A stretch of DNA of 38,029 nt from Savagea sp. (GCA_030152265.1 JASLHQ010000115.1:1-38029), one strand, 5' to 3'. Positions 18,539 to 27,675 are shown, counted from the stretch's first letter. Numbers and translations are program-made. Notes: generated by a model not told the origin, from the sequence alone.

Positions 18539-19351
18539 TTATTTCTTCGATTGAATAATTGTTTGTAAATGAATTTTTTCAACAGTTGCTTCTTGAATTT
18601 GTAACCAATCTTCCACAATGTCACGAAACTTATCGACCTCGCCCGTCGTGTAAAATCGATATGTCGCATCAGGTTCGGTTGACGCTATGCCAAAATGATG
18701 TAAGACGCGTTTCACATCGACGACCGTTTCGGTTGCGGATGAAATAATTTTCGCATCCGGTAATGCTGCTTGAATATGATGTTGTAGTAGCGGGTAATGC
18801 GTACAACCTAAAATTGCCGTATCGAACTCTTTGCGGTTAAGGTCACGCAATGTCGCATCTACAATATCGCGTGCCGCTTCTGTTTTATAATCACCACTTT
18901 CCACGACGGGAACGAAATTCGGACAAGCGAGCGCTTGAACTTTCGCATGTGGAGCGTGGCGTAAAATTGCCGTATCATATGCACGGCTATTAACGGTTCC
19001 TTGTGTACCGAGCACGACGATTTCATCTCGTTCCGATGCTTGTAATGCCGCGCGTGCACCCGGTTCAATTACACCGATAATCGGAAATTCAAATCGTTCC
19101 TGCACAGTTTCTAACGCTGCTGCTGTCGCTGTATTACAAGCAATGACGAGCATTTTAATGCCGAGTACTTCTAAAGCTTCTGCCATCTCTACTGTAAACT
19201 GTGTCACTTCTTCTGTCGTACGGGGACCGTATGGACAACGCGCATCATCTCCTATATAGATGATGGACTCATTCGGAAGTTGTTGGATGAGTTCTTTCGC
19301 TACTGTTAAACCGCCTACTCCTGAATCAATAACGCCTATCGGTGCTTTCAC
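18539..19351 (-). CDS. racE: Glutamate racemase
   Basis: DSGVGG, ACNTA and LGCTHYP motifs. GTG start. Confidence 0.96.
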   Translation of the reverse strand: MKAPIGVIDSGVGGLTVAKELIQQLPNESIIYIGDDARCPYGPRTTEEVTQFTVEMAEALEVLGIKMLVIACNTATAAALETVQERFEFPIIGVIEPGARAALQASERDEIVVLGTQGTVNSRAYDTAILRHAPHAKVQALACPNFVPVVESGDYKTEAARDIVDATLRDLNRKEFDTAILGCTHYPLLQHHIQAALPDAKIISSATETVVDVKRVLHHFGIASTEPDATYRFYTTGEVDKFRDIVEDWLQIQEATVEKIHLQTIIQSKK

Positions 19352-19361
19352 ACTATCTCCT

Positions 19362-19808
19362 CTATTCTTTCTTCATTTCTACGTGCAAAGCACTTAAATA
19401 TTGTGAAAACTGTCGTACCTCATCTTCCCCTAAATGAGTGAGCATGTTTTGTAAATAAGTCTGTCTCTTTTCAATCACTTCTTCAATGATACGCTCGCCT
19501 TCTGGTAATAAATGAATACGCACGACGCGACGATCTTGTTCATCTCGGACGCGTTTCACAAGTTCATTTTTTTCCATACGATCGACGAGGTCCGTTGTCG
19601 TACTGAATGCTAAATACATTTTTGTAGATAAGTCCCCAATCGTCATATCCCCTAATTCAAACAACCATTGAAGTGCGATAAATTGTGGAGGTGTAATTTT
19701 ATAATTCGTTAAAATTTTTCGCCCCTGCTGCTTAATAATGCCTGCGATATGACGTAAATCTTTTTCCATTTGCGCAATTTCAGTATGACGTTGATCGGAT
19801 TGAGTCAT
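19362..19808 (-). CDS. ysmB: MarR-family regulator
   Basis: ITPPQF and DRRVVRI winged-helix motifs; synteny with racE. Confidence 0.88.
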   Translation of the reverse strand: MTQSDQRHTEIAQMEKDLRHIAGIIKQQGRKILTNYKITPPQFIALQWLFELGDMTIGDLSTKMYLAFSTTTDLVDRMEKNELVKRVRDEQDRRVVRIHLLPEGERIIEEVIEKRQTYLQNMLTHLGEDEVRQFSQYLSALHVEMKKE

Positions 19809-19881
19809 TTCTTCCCCTCCTTCAAAACGATGACATACTGTATATTGTCGCCTTTTTCAATCGTTTGTGCAACTATTTTTA

Positions 19882-20346
19882 TTACACGTTTACTCGATTC
19901 AGCTCTTCAATAAGTGTCTTTTGTGTGTCATTCCAAGGATACGGTTTTCCTGTATGCTTATCAATTTGAACGATGACACCGCGTCCTGTGAAAACGACTT
20001 GCCCTTTTTCATTTTTTCCCATGTAATGAATATCGAGCGATGTATTTCCTAAATGATGCACTTTCACATATACACGAATTTCTTCATCGTAAAAAACTTG
20101 ATGTAAAAAATCACATTGTACATCTGCAACGACAGAAAACTTATCGATTTCTTCTACATGTTTAAAATTCAAAATTTGAACACGCTTTAAATATTCAATA
20201 CGAGCATGTTCTAAATAACGAAATACTTCGACATTATTCAAATGACCGAACGCATCTAAATCACTAAACTTCACACGAATTGGTACGTAAAAATTAAAAT
20301 CCTTTTGCCATTGTTCCCAGTTTTGTATGTATGCTGCTTTACTCAT
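19882..20346 (-). CDS. ysmA: Acyl-CoA thioesterase (4HBT hotdog fold, YsmA-like)
   Basis: SDLDAFGHLNN motif; synteny. Confidence 0.82.
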   Translation of the reverse strand: MSKAAYIQNWEQWQKDFNFYVPIRVKFSDLDAFGHLNNVEVFRYLEHARIEYLKRVQILNFKHVEEIDKFSVVADVQCDFLHQVFYDEEIRVYVKVHHLGNTSLDIHYMGKNEKGQVVFTGRGVIVQIDKHTGKPYPWNDTQKTLIEELNRVNV

Positions 20347-20412
20347 AACATTCTCCCTTTCTAAACGTCCTTTCTCTTTACTTTACATCATTTTTTAAAA
20401 ATAACAATACTT

Positions 20413-20431
20413 TTAATGAATAACCATTCAT
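20413..20431. promoter_or_regulatory. FadR-like box upstream of the thioesterase
   Basis: ATGAAT-AACC-ATTCAT palindrome at 20416-20431. Confidence 0.55.
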
Positions 20432-20440
20432 TTTCTACTC

Positions 20441-20468
20441 AAAAAAAGGATGGCTAAGCCACCCTTTT
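20441..20468 (-). terminator. Terminator of the inserted six-gene operon
   Basis: Minus strand AAAAGGGTGGCTTAGCCATCCTTTTTTT. Confidence 0.8.
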
Positions 20469-20472
20469 CACT

Positions 20473-22128
20473 TTATTCTCGTATTTTATCTTGCAACTGT
20501 CGCCAAAGTACCTTTCCACTGCTCGTCATTGGAAACTCATCCCAAAATTCAATTTCACGTGGGTATTTGTAAGCTGACATTTGTTGTTTTGACCATTCGA
20601 TGAGCTCTTCCTCAGTCACTTTCCCTTTTTCTTCCTCTTTTAATATAATGAGTGCTTTCACTGTTTCTCCTCGCTTTTCATCGTACGAACGTACGACACA
20701 AGCTTGCTTTACAGCAGGGTGACCAAATAAAATAGACTCCACTTCACTCGGCCACACTTTATAACCGGAAGCATTAATCATCCGCTTCACTCGATCAACC
20801 ATAAAGAAATATCCTTCTTCATCTACTTTAACGATATCCCCTGTTTTGAAAAATCGCTTGCCATCAATCATAACAAAGCTGTCATCGTCTGGTCGATTGT
20901 AATATTCAATAAGCATTTGTGGAGCGTGCACTAACAATTCTCCTTCTTCGCCAATGCCTAACCATTCTCCTGTTTCCACATGTTGCACGCGTGCATCGAC
21001 ACCGAATGCTGGTATTCCGAGACATTGGAGTTTCGGTCTTTCAGGAGGATTAAAATGCGTATGAGACATCGTTTCTGATAAACCATAGCCTTCGACGTAA
21101 CGAAGCCCTGTCACTTCATATAAACGTTCTCCCACCGCTTCTGGCATCGTCGCGCCACCACCACCGATCACGAGTAACGAAGAAAGATCATAGTCATAAA
21201 TATTGCTTTGTGATAAAAAATCGATAACCATCGTACTTATGTTAATCCAGTTCGTACAACGATACGTTTCAATCGCTCGTGCCGCATATACTTTATCCCA
21301 GCGTGTTAATAAGACGATTGTACCGCAAGCATAAAGAGGCGCGAATCCACTATGGACAAGTCCTGTCACATGAAAGAGTGGCAATGTAGCGAGCGCTACT
21401 GTATTTGACGTCATCGACATCCAATACGACGCTCCGACGACATTCGCTTGAATCGTGCGGTTCGTATGCACACATCCTTTCGGTTCGCCTGTCGTCCCAG
21501 ATGTGTAAGGGATCATCGCCACATCATCACTTTCTCCTCGGTAAGGAGGCAATGTACTTTCCTCCTGTAACGCATCTTCCCAAGCAATTGTCTTTGGAAA
21601 TGTTTCTCGCTCCTGCTTGACGACATCAGGCAATGTGCCAATCGCTCGCTCTTCCTCTATATAATCACGATACGTTGCGATAATCGGATTTTCTAATTGT
21701 CCGTCCCCCACGAAAGCTTCCGCAATCGGATACAATTCTTGTGAAATGCAAGCGTGATGAATATCTCCATCTTGCAAATAAAATTGTAATTCATGCGTCT
21801 TACTCATCGGATTGATCGGTACGACGACTGCTCGATTGCGTAAAATAGCGTAAAGTGCGATCAAGTATTGTGGTGCATTTTGCATAAAGAGCATGACATT
21901 TTCGCCACGCTTTAAATTCCAATGTGTCGCCATGTAAGCAGCGAGCTGATCAACTTCTTCAATAAGCTGTCGATACGTCATCGCACGTCCATAATATTCA
22001 ATCGCGATTTGTTCAGGATAACGTTTTGCAGAAATTTGTAAATTTTCGTATAAAGTTGTTTCAGGAATCGTAATCGTCTTCGTTAATAATGGTGGCCAAT
22101 AATCAAAATGTTGTGTCTGTTGCATCAT
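20473..22128 (-). CDS. Long/medium-chain fatty-acid--CoA ligase
   Basis: YTSGTTGEPKG, EGYGLSET and SSGKVLWR motifs. ATGA overlap with the upstream gene. Confidence 0.88.
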   Translation of the reverse strand: MMQQTQHFDYWPPLLTKTITIPETTLYENLQISAKRYPEQIAIEYYGRAMTYRQLIEEVDQLAAYMATHWNLKRGENVMLFMQNAPQYLIALYAILRNRAVVVPINPMSKTHELQFYLQDGDIHHACISQELYPIAEAFVGDGQLENPIIATYRDYIEEERAIGTLPDVVKQERETFPKTIAWEDALQEESTLPPYRGESDDVAMIPYTSGTTGEPKGCVHTNRTIQANVVGASYWMSMTSNTVALATLPLFHVTGLVHSGFAPLYACGTIVLLTRWDKVYAARAIETYRCTNWINISTMVIDFLSQSNIYDYDLSSLLVIGGGGATMPEAVGERLYEVTGLRYVEGYGLSETMSHTHFNPPERPKLQCLGIPAFGVDARVQHVETGEWLGIGEEGELLVHAPQMLIEYYNRPDDDSFVMIDGKRFFKTGDIVKVDEEGYFFMVDRVKRMINASGYKVWPSEVESILFGHPAVKQACVVRSYDEKRGETVKALIILKEEEKGKVTEEELIEWSKQQMSAYKYPREIEFWDEFPMTSSGKVLWRQLQDKIRE

Positions 22129-22847
22129 ATTCCCTCCTCATCGATATATCTTCGAATAATGCCTCGTTCATAGTACGGAATGACATGCATCGCATGTTGC
22201 TTTGCAACGTATGCGATATCTCCTTCATACCCTTGTTTTATTAACATTCTTCCCGTCATCGATTGACGTAACCGCTCTTCTGGTTGCGCAGATTTCTCAT
22301 TGTACGTTGCAAACGCCACTTCCGCTCGTTCGGTTAAGCGAGTAGTAGGCCGTCGCTTTAAATATTCCGCAATCCATTGTCCTGCTCCGTATACGTCTTC
22401 AATCGCTAATTGATTGTGTGACCCTGCGCAAATGAGCGTCCAGTTTTCCTCTTGTAAAAATGCTTTAACGATCGCTCGATTGTTCAATAAAGAACCGATC
22501 AATACGCGTTTCGCTCCTTCACTTTTTCGAATGGCAAACGTCCCATTCGTCGTCAACATGACGACTTGTGCCGGAAGATGACTTTGAATGAGTACAGTCG
22601 GGAGCGGTAACGCAAAATACGGCTCAATCGGACGGCCATCTTTTTCTCCGATTAATTGACTATTTGGTAAAGCTTGGTGCTTTTCAAGCGCTTCTTGTTC
22701 ACTCACCGCTGGGTAGATTGATTGCACCCCTTTTTCCATTAACGTAACGATTGTCGATGTCGCTAATAAAATATCAAAGACGACGACATTTTGTTCTCGC
22801 AAATCGAGCGGCACTTCATGTTTTGTAAAAACGACATCAATCGTCAT
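22125..22847 (-). CDS. ComB/2-phosphosulfolactate phosphatase-fold protein (divergent)
   Basis: FDILLATSTI, GEKDG, TTNGT, GSLLN, ICAG and ED..GAG motifs. Start ATG 22847 or GTG 22856. Confidence 0.8.
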   Translation of the reverse strand: MTIDVVFTKHEVPLDLREQNVVVFDILLATSTIVTLMEKGVQSIYPAVSEQEALEKHQALPNSQLIGEKDGRPIEPYFALPLPTVLIQSHLPAQVVMLTTNGTFAIRKSEGAKRVLIGSLLNNRAIVKAFLQEENWTLICAGSHNQLAIEDVYGAGQWIAEYLKRRPTTRLTERAEVAFATYNEKSAQPEERLRQSMTGRMLIKQGYEGDIAYVAKQHAMHVIPYYERGIIRRYIDEEGI

Positions 22848-22852
22848 ACATA

Positions 22853-23908
22853 TCACCCTTCATCCATCGTTTGAACAGCGAGCTGAACCATATTGGATAC
22901 GAGATGGTCAAAATGTTTAAAGCGCGAATCCGTCGTCTGTCCTTTCGCATATCGATAGTAAATTTGTTGACCGATGACTGCTAATTTAAAATATGCAAAC
23001 GTCATGTAATAATGAATATTCGATACGTCACGACCACTTTTTTCAGCGTAAGCTTCAATAAATTGCTGACGCGTATAAAATCCGTCCATAATCGTAACAG
23101 GTGGTGCCCCGAGCGCATATTTTAAAATGTCGGGATCATCCGGCTCAATCCAATAACTCATCGCAACTGCTAAGTCAACGAGTGGATCTCCGACGGTCGA
23201 CATTTCCCAATCAAACAAACCGGTCATTTGCGATAAATCTTCTGAAAACATCGCATTGTTTAATTTATAGTCATAATGAATAACAGTCGCTTGGGCAGTT
23301 TTCGGAACGTGTGTCACCAAATAATCCATTAAACGCTCCACGTCGGGTAATTTCGTCGTTTCTACACGTCGGTAACGCTTCGTCCAACTGTTCGCCTGTC
23401 TTTCCATAAATCCTTCTGGCTTCGTCATTTCAAGTAAATTTGCCTCCGCTGGATCAACCGCATGTAAATGTACGAGTGTTTCTACCATGAGATGCGATAA
23501 TTGATTACCGATCGATGCTTCATAAGTGATGGAAGACGGTATTTCCGTATCAAATACGAGTCCTTTACGACGTTCCATAATGAAAAATGGAGCGCCGATG
23601 ACTGCTTCATCATTAGAAAAAGTGTACGGTTTCGGTGCGATTTGAAAGTGTGGGTACAGCCTGTTCAACCACGTATATTCTCTTTCCATATCATGCGCTC
23701 TCGGCGCGATTGGCCCGAGCGGTGGACGACGAAGTACAGCTTCCCAATCTCCTTTTTGCAGTAAATATGTTAAATTCGAATGTCCTGCGCTAAATTGTTT
23801 AATTTGAAGTGGCACAGAAGGTACTCCTTCAATATGCTGTTCGATATAGTCATTCACCCGATCGAGTGGTAATTGTTCTTCTTGTCTCACTTCGATAATT
23901 TCAGACAT
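22853..23908 (-). CDS. APH/choline-kinase-fold phosphotransferase, ACAD10/11 N-terminal-like
   Basis: GHSNLTY, LRRPP, AHDMERE, HYDYKLNN and DWEMSTVGDP motifs. Start moved to ATG 23908, 9 nt after GGAGG. Confidence 0.88.
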   Translation of the reverse strand: MSEIIEVRQEEQLPLDRVNDYIEQHIEGVPSVPLQIKQFSAGHSNLTYLLQKGDWEAVLRRPPLGPIAPRAHDMEREYTWLNRLYPHFQIAPKPYTFSNDEAVIGAPFFIMERRKGLVFDTEIPSSITYEASIGNQLSHLMVETLVHLHAVDPAEANLLEMTKPEGFMERQANSWTKRYRRVETTKLPDVERLMDYLVTHVPKTAQATVIHYDYKLNNAMFSEDLSQMTGLFDWEMSTVGDPLVDLAVAMSYWIEPDDPDILKYALGAPPVTIMDGFYTRQQFIEAYAEKSGRDVSNIHYYMTFAYFKLAVIGQQIYYRYAKGQTTDSRFKHFDHLVSNMVQLAVQTMDEG

Positions 23909-23925
23909 GTTGTTCATCCTCCTTT

Positions 23926-23943
23926 ATACTGACTAGTTAGTAT
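23926..23943. promoter_or_regulatory. Putative TetR operator, internal to the operon
   Basis: Near-palindrome ATACTGACTAGTTAGTAT. Confidence 0.68.
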
Positions 23944-23966
23944 GTTCAAAAGAAGGATGAACAATC

Positions 23967-24533
23967 TCACCCTTCTTTTGCGATTCCTTTAAAAAAGATA
24001 TCGCTATACGCATCACTTAATTGAGCTGCTGTTAAAGCTCCGTGTGGATTAAACCAATTGTAGCTATAATTCGTCAAACTTAAAAAGGCGAATGCTGTAA
24101 TCGCTGGATCTAGTGACTCTAATAACTCTCCTGCTTCAATCCCTTGGCGAATGATTTCTTCGATGACGAGTCGAAATTCATCACGCTTTTCTTTCACTTC
24201 GACGCTATTCGTATCGATCAAATGACGCATTTCACGCAAGAAAACACGAGCTCGTGCTCCTTGAATTTCGATATCTTCAATGAGTAAATGGAGCATTGCG
24301 GTTAAACGCTCTTTCGCTGTATGATGTTCAGCAATTAATTGCTGTTGACGATGCAATAAGTCATCGATATATTGCGTATGAATGTCCATCAACAATTGCT
24401 CTTTCGATTGGAAATAGTAATAAAATGTTCCTTTCGTTACGTCTAATGCATCGACGATATGTTGAATCGATGTTTCGGTAAAGCCTTGTTTTTCGAAGAG
24501 TTCAATACTCGTTGCGATAATTTTATTTTTCAT
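23967..24533 (-). CDS. TetR/AcrR-family regulator (KstR2-like)
   Basis: HTH VTKGTFYYYF and C-terminal NYSYNWF. Start moved to ATG 24533. Confidence 0.88.
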   Translation of the reverse strand: MKNKIIATSIELFEKQGFTETSIQHIVDALDVTKGTFYYYFQSKEQLLMDIHTQYIDDLLHRQQQLIAEHHTAKERLTAMLHLLIEDIEIQGARARVFLREMRHLIDTNSVEVKEKRDEFRLVIEEIIRQGIEAGELLESLDPAITAFAFLSLTNYSYNWFNPHGALTAAQLSDAYSDIFFKGIAKEG

Positions 24534-24585
24534 CTGTACCACACTTTCTTTTTCATACTCTTCTACAAATTTACCATAAGTTCGG

Positions 24586-25353
24586 TTATAACGCACTCGC
24601 TCCACCGTCTACAGGCAAAATGATCCCTGTGACATAATCAGATGCTTCGCTCGCTAAAAAGAGCGCTGGACCTTTTAAATCTGAATCACTTCCTAAACGT
24701 CCGAGTGGCATACTTTTACGAATTTCATCCCCTCCGTGTTCAATTAACACTTTCGACATTTTCGTCGGGAAAAATCCAGGTGCTAAAGCATTGACACAAA
24801 TGCCAGATGCTCCCCATTTCACCGCTAAATCTTTCGTAAAAGTCATTAACGCGCCTTTACTCGTGTTGTAACTTAATGTTTGCATAAATGGCGGTGTGCC
24901 TCCGAATCCAGCGATGGAAGCGATATTAATCACTTTCCCTGATTTATTTTGAAGCATGACGTGACCGACTGCACGGCACATGAGAAATGCACCTGTTACA
25001 TTCACATCCATCACTTTTTCCCAACCTTGTAAAGGCGTTTGTTCAATCGGTGCTGCCCATGAAGCTCCACTATTATTCACTAAAATATCAATCGTTCCAA
25101 ACTGATCCACAACTTGACGCACGACTTGCTCGACTTCTTGCTCATCTGTCACATCACAACGAACGCCTAATGTCGTCACGTGATAATCGTTCGCTAATTG
25201 AACCGCTGCTTTTTCACAAGCTTCTCCATCTCTCGAACAGACGATGACGTTCGCTCCTGCCTCTGCATATGTTTCGGCAATTTGGTAGCCAAGCCCTCTC
25301 GCTCCTCCTGTAATGAGTGCTACCTTTCCTTTCAACGTGAACATATCTTTCAT
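24586..25353 (-). CDS. Short-chain dehydrogenase/reductase
   Basis: TGGARGLG, NNSG, YNTSK and PGFFPT motifs. Confidence 0.92.
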   Translation of the reverse strand: MKDMFTLKGKVALITGGARGLGYQIAETYAEAGANVIVCSRDGEACEKAAVQLANDYHVTTLGVRCDVTDEQEVEQVVRQVVDQFGTIDILVNNSGASWAAPIEQTPLQGWEKVMDVNVTGAFLMCRAVGHVMLQNKSGKVINIASIAGFGGTPPFMQTLSYNTSKGALMTFTKDLAVKWGASGICVNALAPGFFPTKMSKVLIEHGGDEIRKSMPLGRLGSDSDLKGPALFLASEASDYVTGIILPVDGGASAL

Positions 25354-25367
25354 CCCCTCATTCCCCC

Positions 25368-26576
25368 TTATAAATATTTTCGTAATTCAAGTCGTGCAAT
25401 TTGACGGCTATGCACTTCGTCTGGTCCATCTGCTAAACTTAATGTTCGAGCATTCGCATACATATTCGCCAAAGGGAAATCGTCGCTTACGCCACCGCCT
25501 CCAAACACTTGAATCGCACGATCGATCACTTTTTGTGCCATGCGTGGAGCGACTACTTTAATCATCGCAATTTCGGCTTTCGCCTCTTTATTCCCGACCG
25601 TATCCATCATGTAAGCTGCTTTTAAAGTGAGAAGACGGGCTTGTTCAATTTCCATTCTCGAATCGGCAATCCATTGTTGAACGACACCGTGTTGCGCGAT
25701 TGGTTGGCCGAATGTACTTCTAGAAAGTGCTCGTTTAGACATTAATTCAATCGCACGTTCCGCCGCTCCAATTAAGCGCATGCAATGATGAATTCTCCCT
25801 GGTCCGAGACGTCCTTGCGCGATAGCGAATCCTTTTCCTTCTCCCCATAACATATTGCTCGCAGGCACACGTACATTTTTAAATTCCACTTCTCCATGTC
25901 CTTCTGGTGCACTGTCATAACCGAATACAGGAAGCATCCGCTTCACCGTGACACCTGGTGCATCCATCGGTACGAGAATCATCGATTGTTGTTCATATTT
26001 CGGCCCGTCTGGATCACTTTTCCCCATAAAGATGGCAACTTTACAACGTGGATCTCCAGCACCTGACGTCCACCATTTCGTCCCGTTCAAAATATATTCA
26101 TCTCCGTCACGCACGATGCTCGACTGAATATTTGTCGCATCACTCGAAGCGACAGCTGGCTCTGTCATCGCAAAACAAGAACGAATTTCTCCTGCAAGTA
26201 ACGGCTTCAACCATTGCTCTTGCTGTTCTTCTGTCCCGTATTGTACGAGCACTTCCATATTTCCTGTATCCGGTGCGCTACAATTGAACACTTCTGGCGC
26301 GATAGAGGAACGTCCCATAATTTCACAAAGTGGTGCATACTCTAAATTTGTTAAACCTGCTCCAAATTCGTCTCCTGGCATGAACAAATTCCACAACCCT
26401 TGCTTCTTCGCCTCTTCTTTCAATTGTTCCATAATAGGTGGAATCGCACTAAAACGATCATCCATCGCATCGAGTTGTTCTTTGTATACGCTTTCATTTG
26501 GGTAAATATAGGCTTCCATAAAATCGGTTAACTTACTTCTTAACTTCTCTACTTTTTCAGAATAACTAAAATTCAT
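25368..26576 (-). CDS. Acyl-CoA dehydrogenase, ACAD10/11 subfamily
   Basis: [38 protein letters not shown] and ADGPDEVH (Asp at the catalytic-base position). Confidence 0.9.
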   Translation of the reverse strand: MNFSYSEKVEKLRSKLTDFMEAYIYPNESVYKEQLDAMDDRFSAIPPIMEQLKEEAKKQGLWNLFMPGDEFGAGLTNLEYAPLCEIMGRSSIAPEVFNCSAPDTGNMEVLVQYGTEEQQEQWLKPLLAGEIRSCFAMTEPAVASSDATNIQSSIVRDGDEYILNGTKWWTSGAGDPRCKVAIFMGKSDPDGPKYEQQSMILVPMDAPGVTVKRMLPVFGYDSAPEGHGEVEFKNVRVPASNMLWGEGKGFAIAQGRLGPGRIHHCMRLIGAAERAIELMSKRALSRSTFGQPIAQHGVVQQWIADSRMEIEQARLLTLKAAYMMDTVGNKEAKAEIAMIKVVAPRMAQKVIDRAIQVFGGGGVSDDFPLANMYANARTLSLADGPDEVHSRQIARLELRKYL

Positions 26577-26662
26577 CTCTACTCCTCCTCATTGTGCTAA
26601 GAATCAACGTAAAAAACTAATATACTCACTTTCCATACTTTATTCTTTTATTTCACACCTTT

Positions 26663-26680
26663 ATACTAACCAGTCGGTAT
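26663..26680. promoter_or_regulatory. Putative TetR operator at the head of the operon
   Basis: ATACTAACCAGTCGGTAT, just downstream of the predicted -10. Confidence 0.7.
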
Positions 26681-26689
26681 GTTATTTAT

Positions 26690-26718
26690 AATATATTCTT
26701 TATCCTTTTAAAAAGCAA
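26690..26718 (-). promoter_or_regulatory. sigmaA promoter of the six-gene operon
   Basis: TTGCTT(26718-26713)-N17-TATATT(26695-26690). Confidence 0.55.
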
Positions 26719-26841
26719 GTATTTTTGTGTTTGAAACAAATTTTAAATGCTTCAGTTCATTTAAGTAATTGTTTTAAATAAAAATAATTTTCGTATGATG
26801 ATGTTTCATTGAGATGAACAAAGGCAATATTTTTTCCAAAC

Positions 26842-26871
26842 AAAAAACTCACCCTAAATTTAGGGTGAGTT
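26842..26871 (-). terminator. sdhCAB terminator
   Basis: Palindrome AACTCACCCTAAATTTAGGGTGAGTT plus a minus-strand U tract. Confidence 0.85.
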
Positions 26872-26880
26872 GTGTAGATT

Positions 26881-27648
26881 TTAGTCTACCATATGGTCGC
26901 TTCCAAAGAAGTTTTTAAACATTTGAACTGTTGTTGCACGGTTAAGTGATGCGATTGACGTTGTCAAAGGAATCCCTTTCGGACATGCGACAACACAGTT
27001 TTGTGAGTTACCACATTCTCCAAGTCCACCGTCTTTCATAATTTCTGCAAGACGCTCATCTTTATTCATTGCACCTGTCGGATGCGTGTTGAATAAACGA
27101 ACTTGTGAAAGGATAGCTGGTCCAATAAAGTCTGTTTTATCGTTAACGTTTGGACATGCTTCTAAACAAACACCACATGTCATACATTTTGATAATTCAT
27201 AAGCCCATTGACGTTTGCGCTCTGGCATACGTGGACCTTCACCTAAATCATACGTTCCATCGATTGGAACCCATGCTTTTACTTTCTTAAGTGAGTCAAA
27301 CATGAATTCACGGTCGACGATTAAGTCACGTACGACTGGGAATGTTGACATCGGCTCAAGCGTAATTGGTGATGGTAAGTGGTCAATTAATGCTGTACAA
27401 GATTGACGTGGACGTCCGTTAATAACCATCGAACATGCTCCACATACTTCTTCAAGACAGCTCATTTCCCAGTTAATTGGTGTCGTTTTCTTACCATCTT
27501 TCGTCACTGGATTACGTTGAATTTCCATTAACACAGAAATAACGTTCATGTTTGGACGATATGGGATTGAAAACTCTTCCCAATATGGATCAGAGTTAGC
27601 TGTGTCTTGACGACGCACTTTTAACTCGATTGTCTTATTCTCGCTCAT
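26881..27648 (-). CDS. sdhB: Succinate dehydrogenase iron-sulfur subunit
   Basis: SCLEEVCGAC, CMTCGVCLEACP and CGNSQNCVVACP Cys clusters. Confidence 0.97.
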   Translation of the reverse strand: MSENKTIELKVRRQDTANSDPYWEEFSIPYRPNMNVISVLMEIQRNPVTKDGKKTTPINWEMSCLEEVCGACSMVINGRPRQSCTALIDHLPSPITLEPMSTFPVVRDLIVDREFMFDSLKKVKAWVPIDGTYDLGEGPRMPERKRQWAYELSKCMTCGVCLEACPNVNDKTDFIGPAILSQVRLFNTHPTGAMNKDERLAEIMKDGGLGECGNSQNCVVACPKGIPLTTSIASLNRATTVQMFKNFFGSDHMVD

Positions 27649-27675
27649 TTCGTATTTTCCCCTTTCCTCTTATTA

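Noticed and set aside
22125..22847. Coenzyme M or spore sulfolactate biosynthesis
   Set aside because: No comA/comC-type genes in the window, altered motifs, and an acyl-CoA catabolic context.
22853..23908. Aminoglycoside-resistance interpretation of the APH-fold kinase
   Set aside because: Its motifs and operon context match the ACAD10/11-associated kinase subfamily, not resistance APHs.
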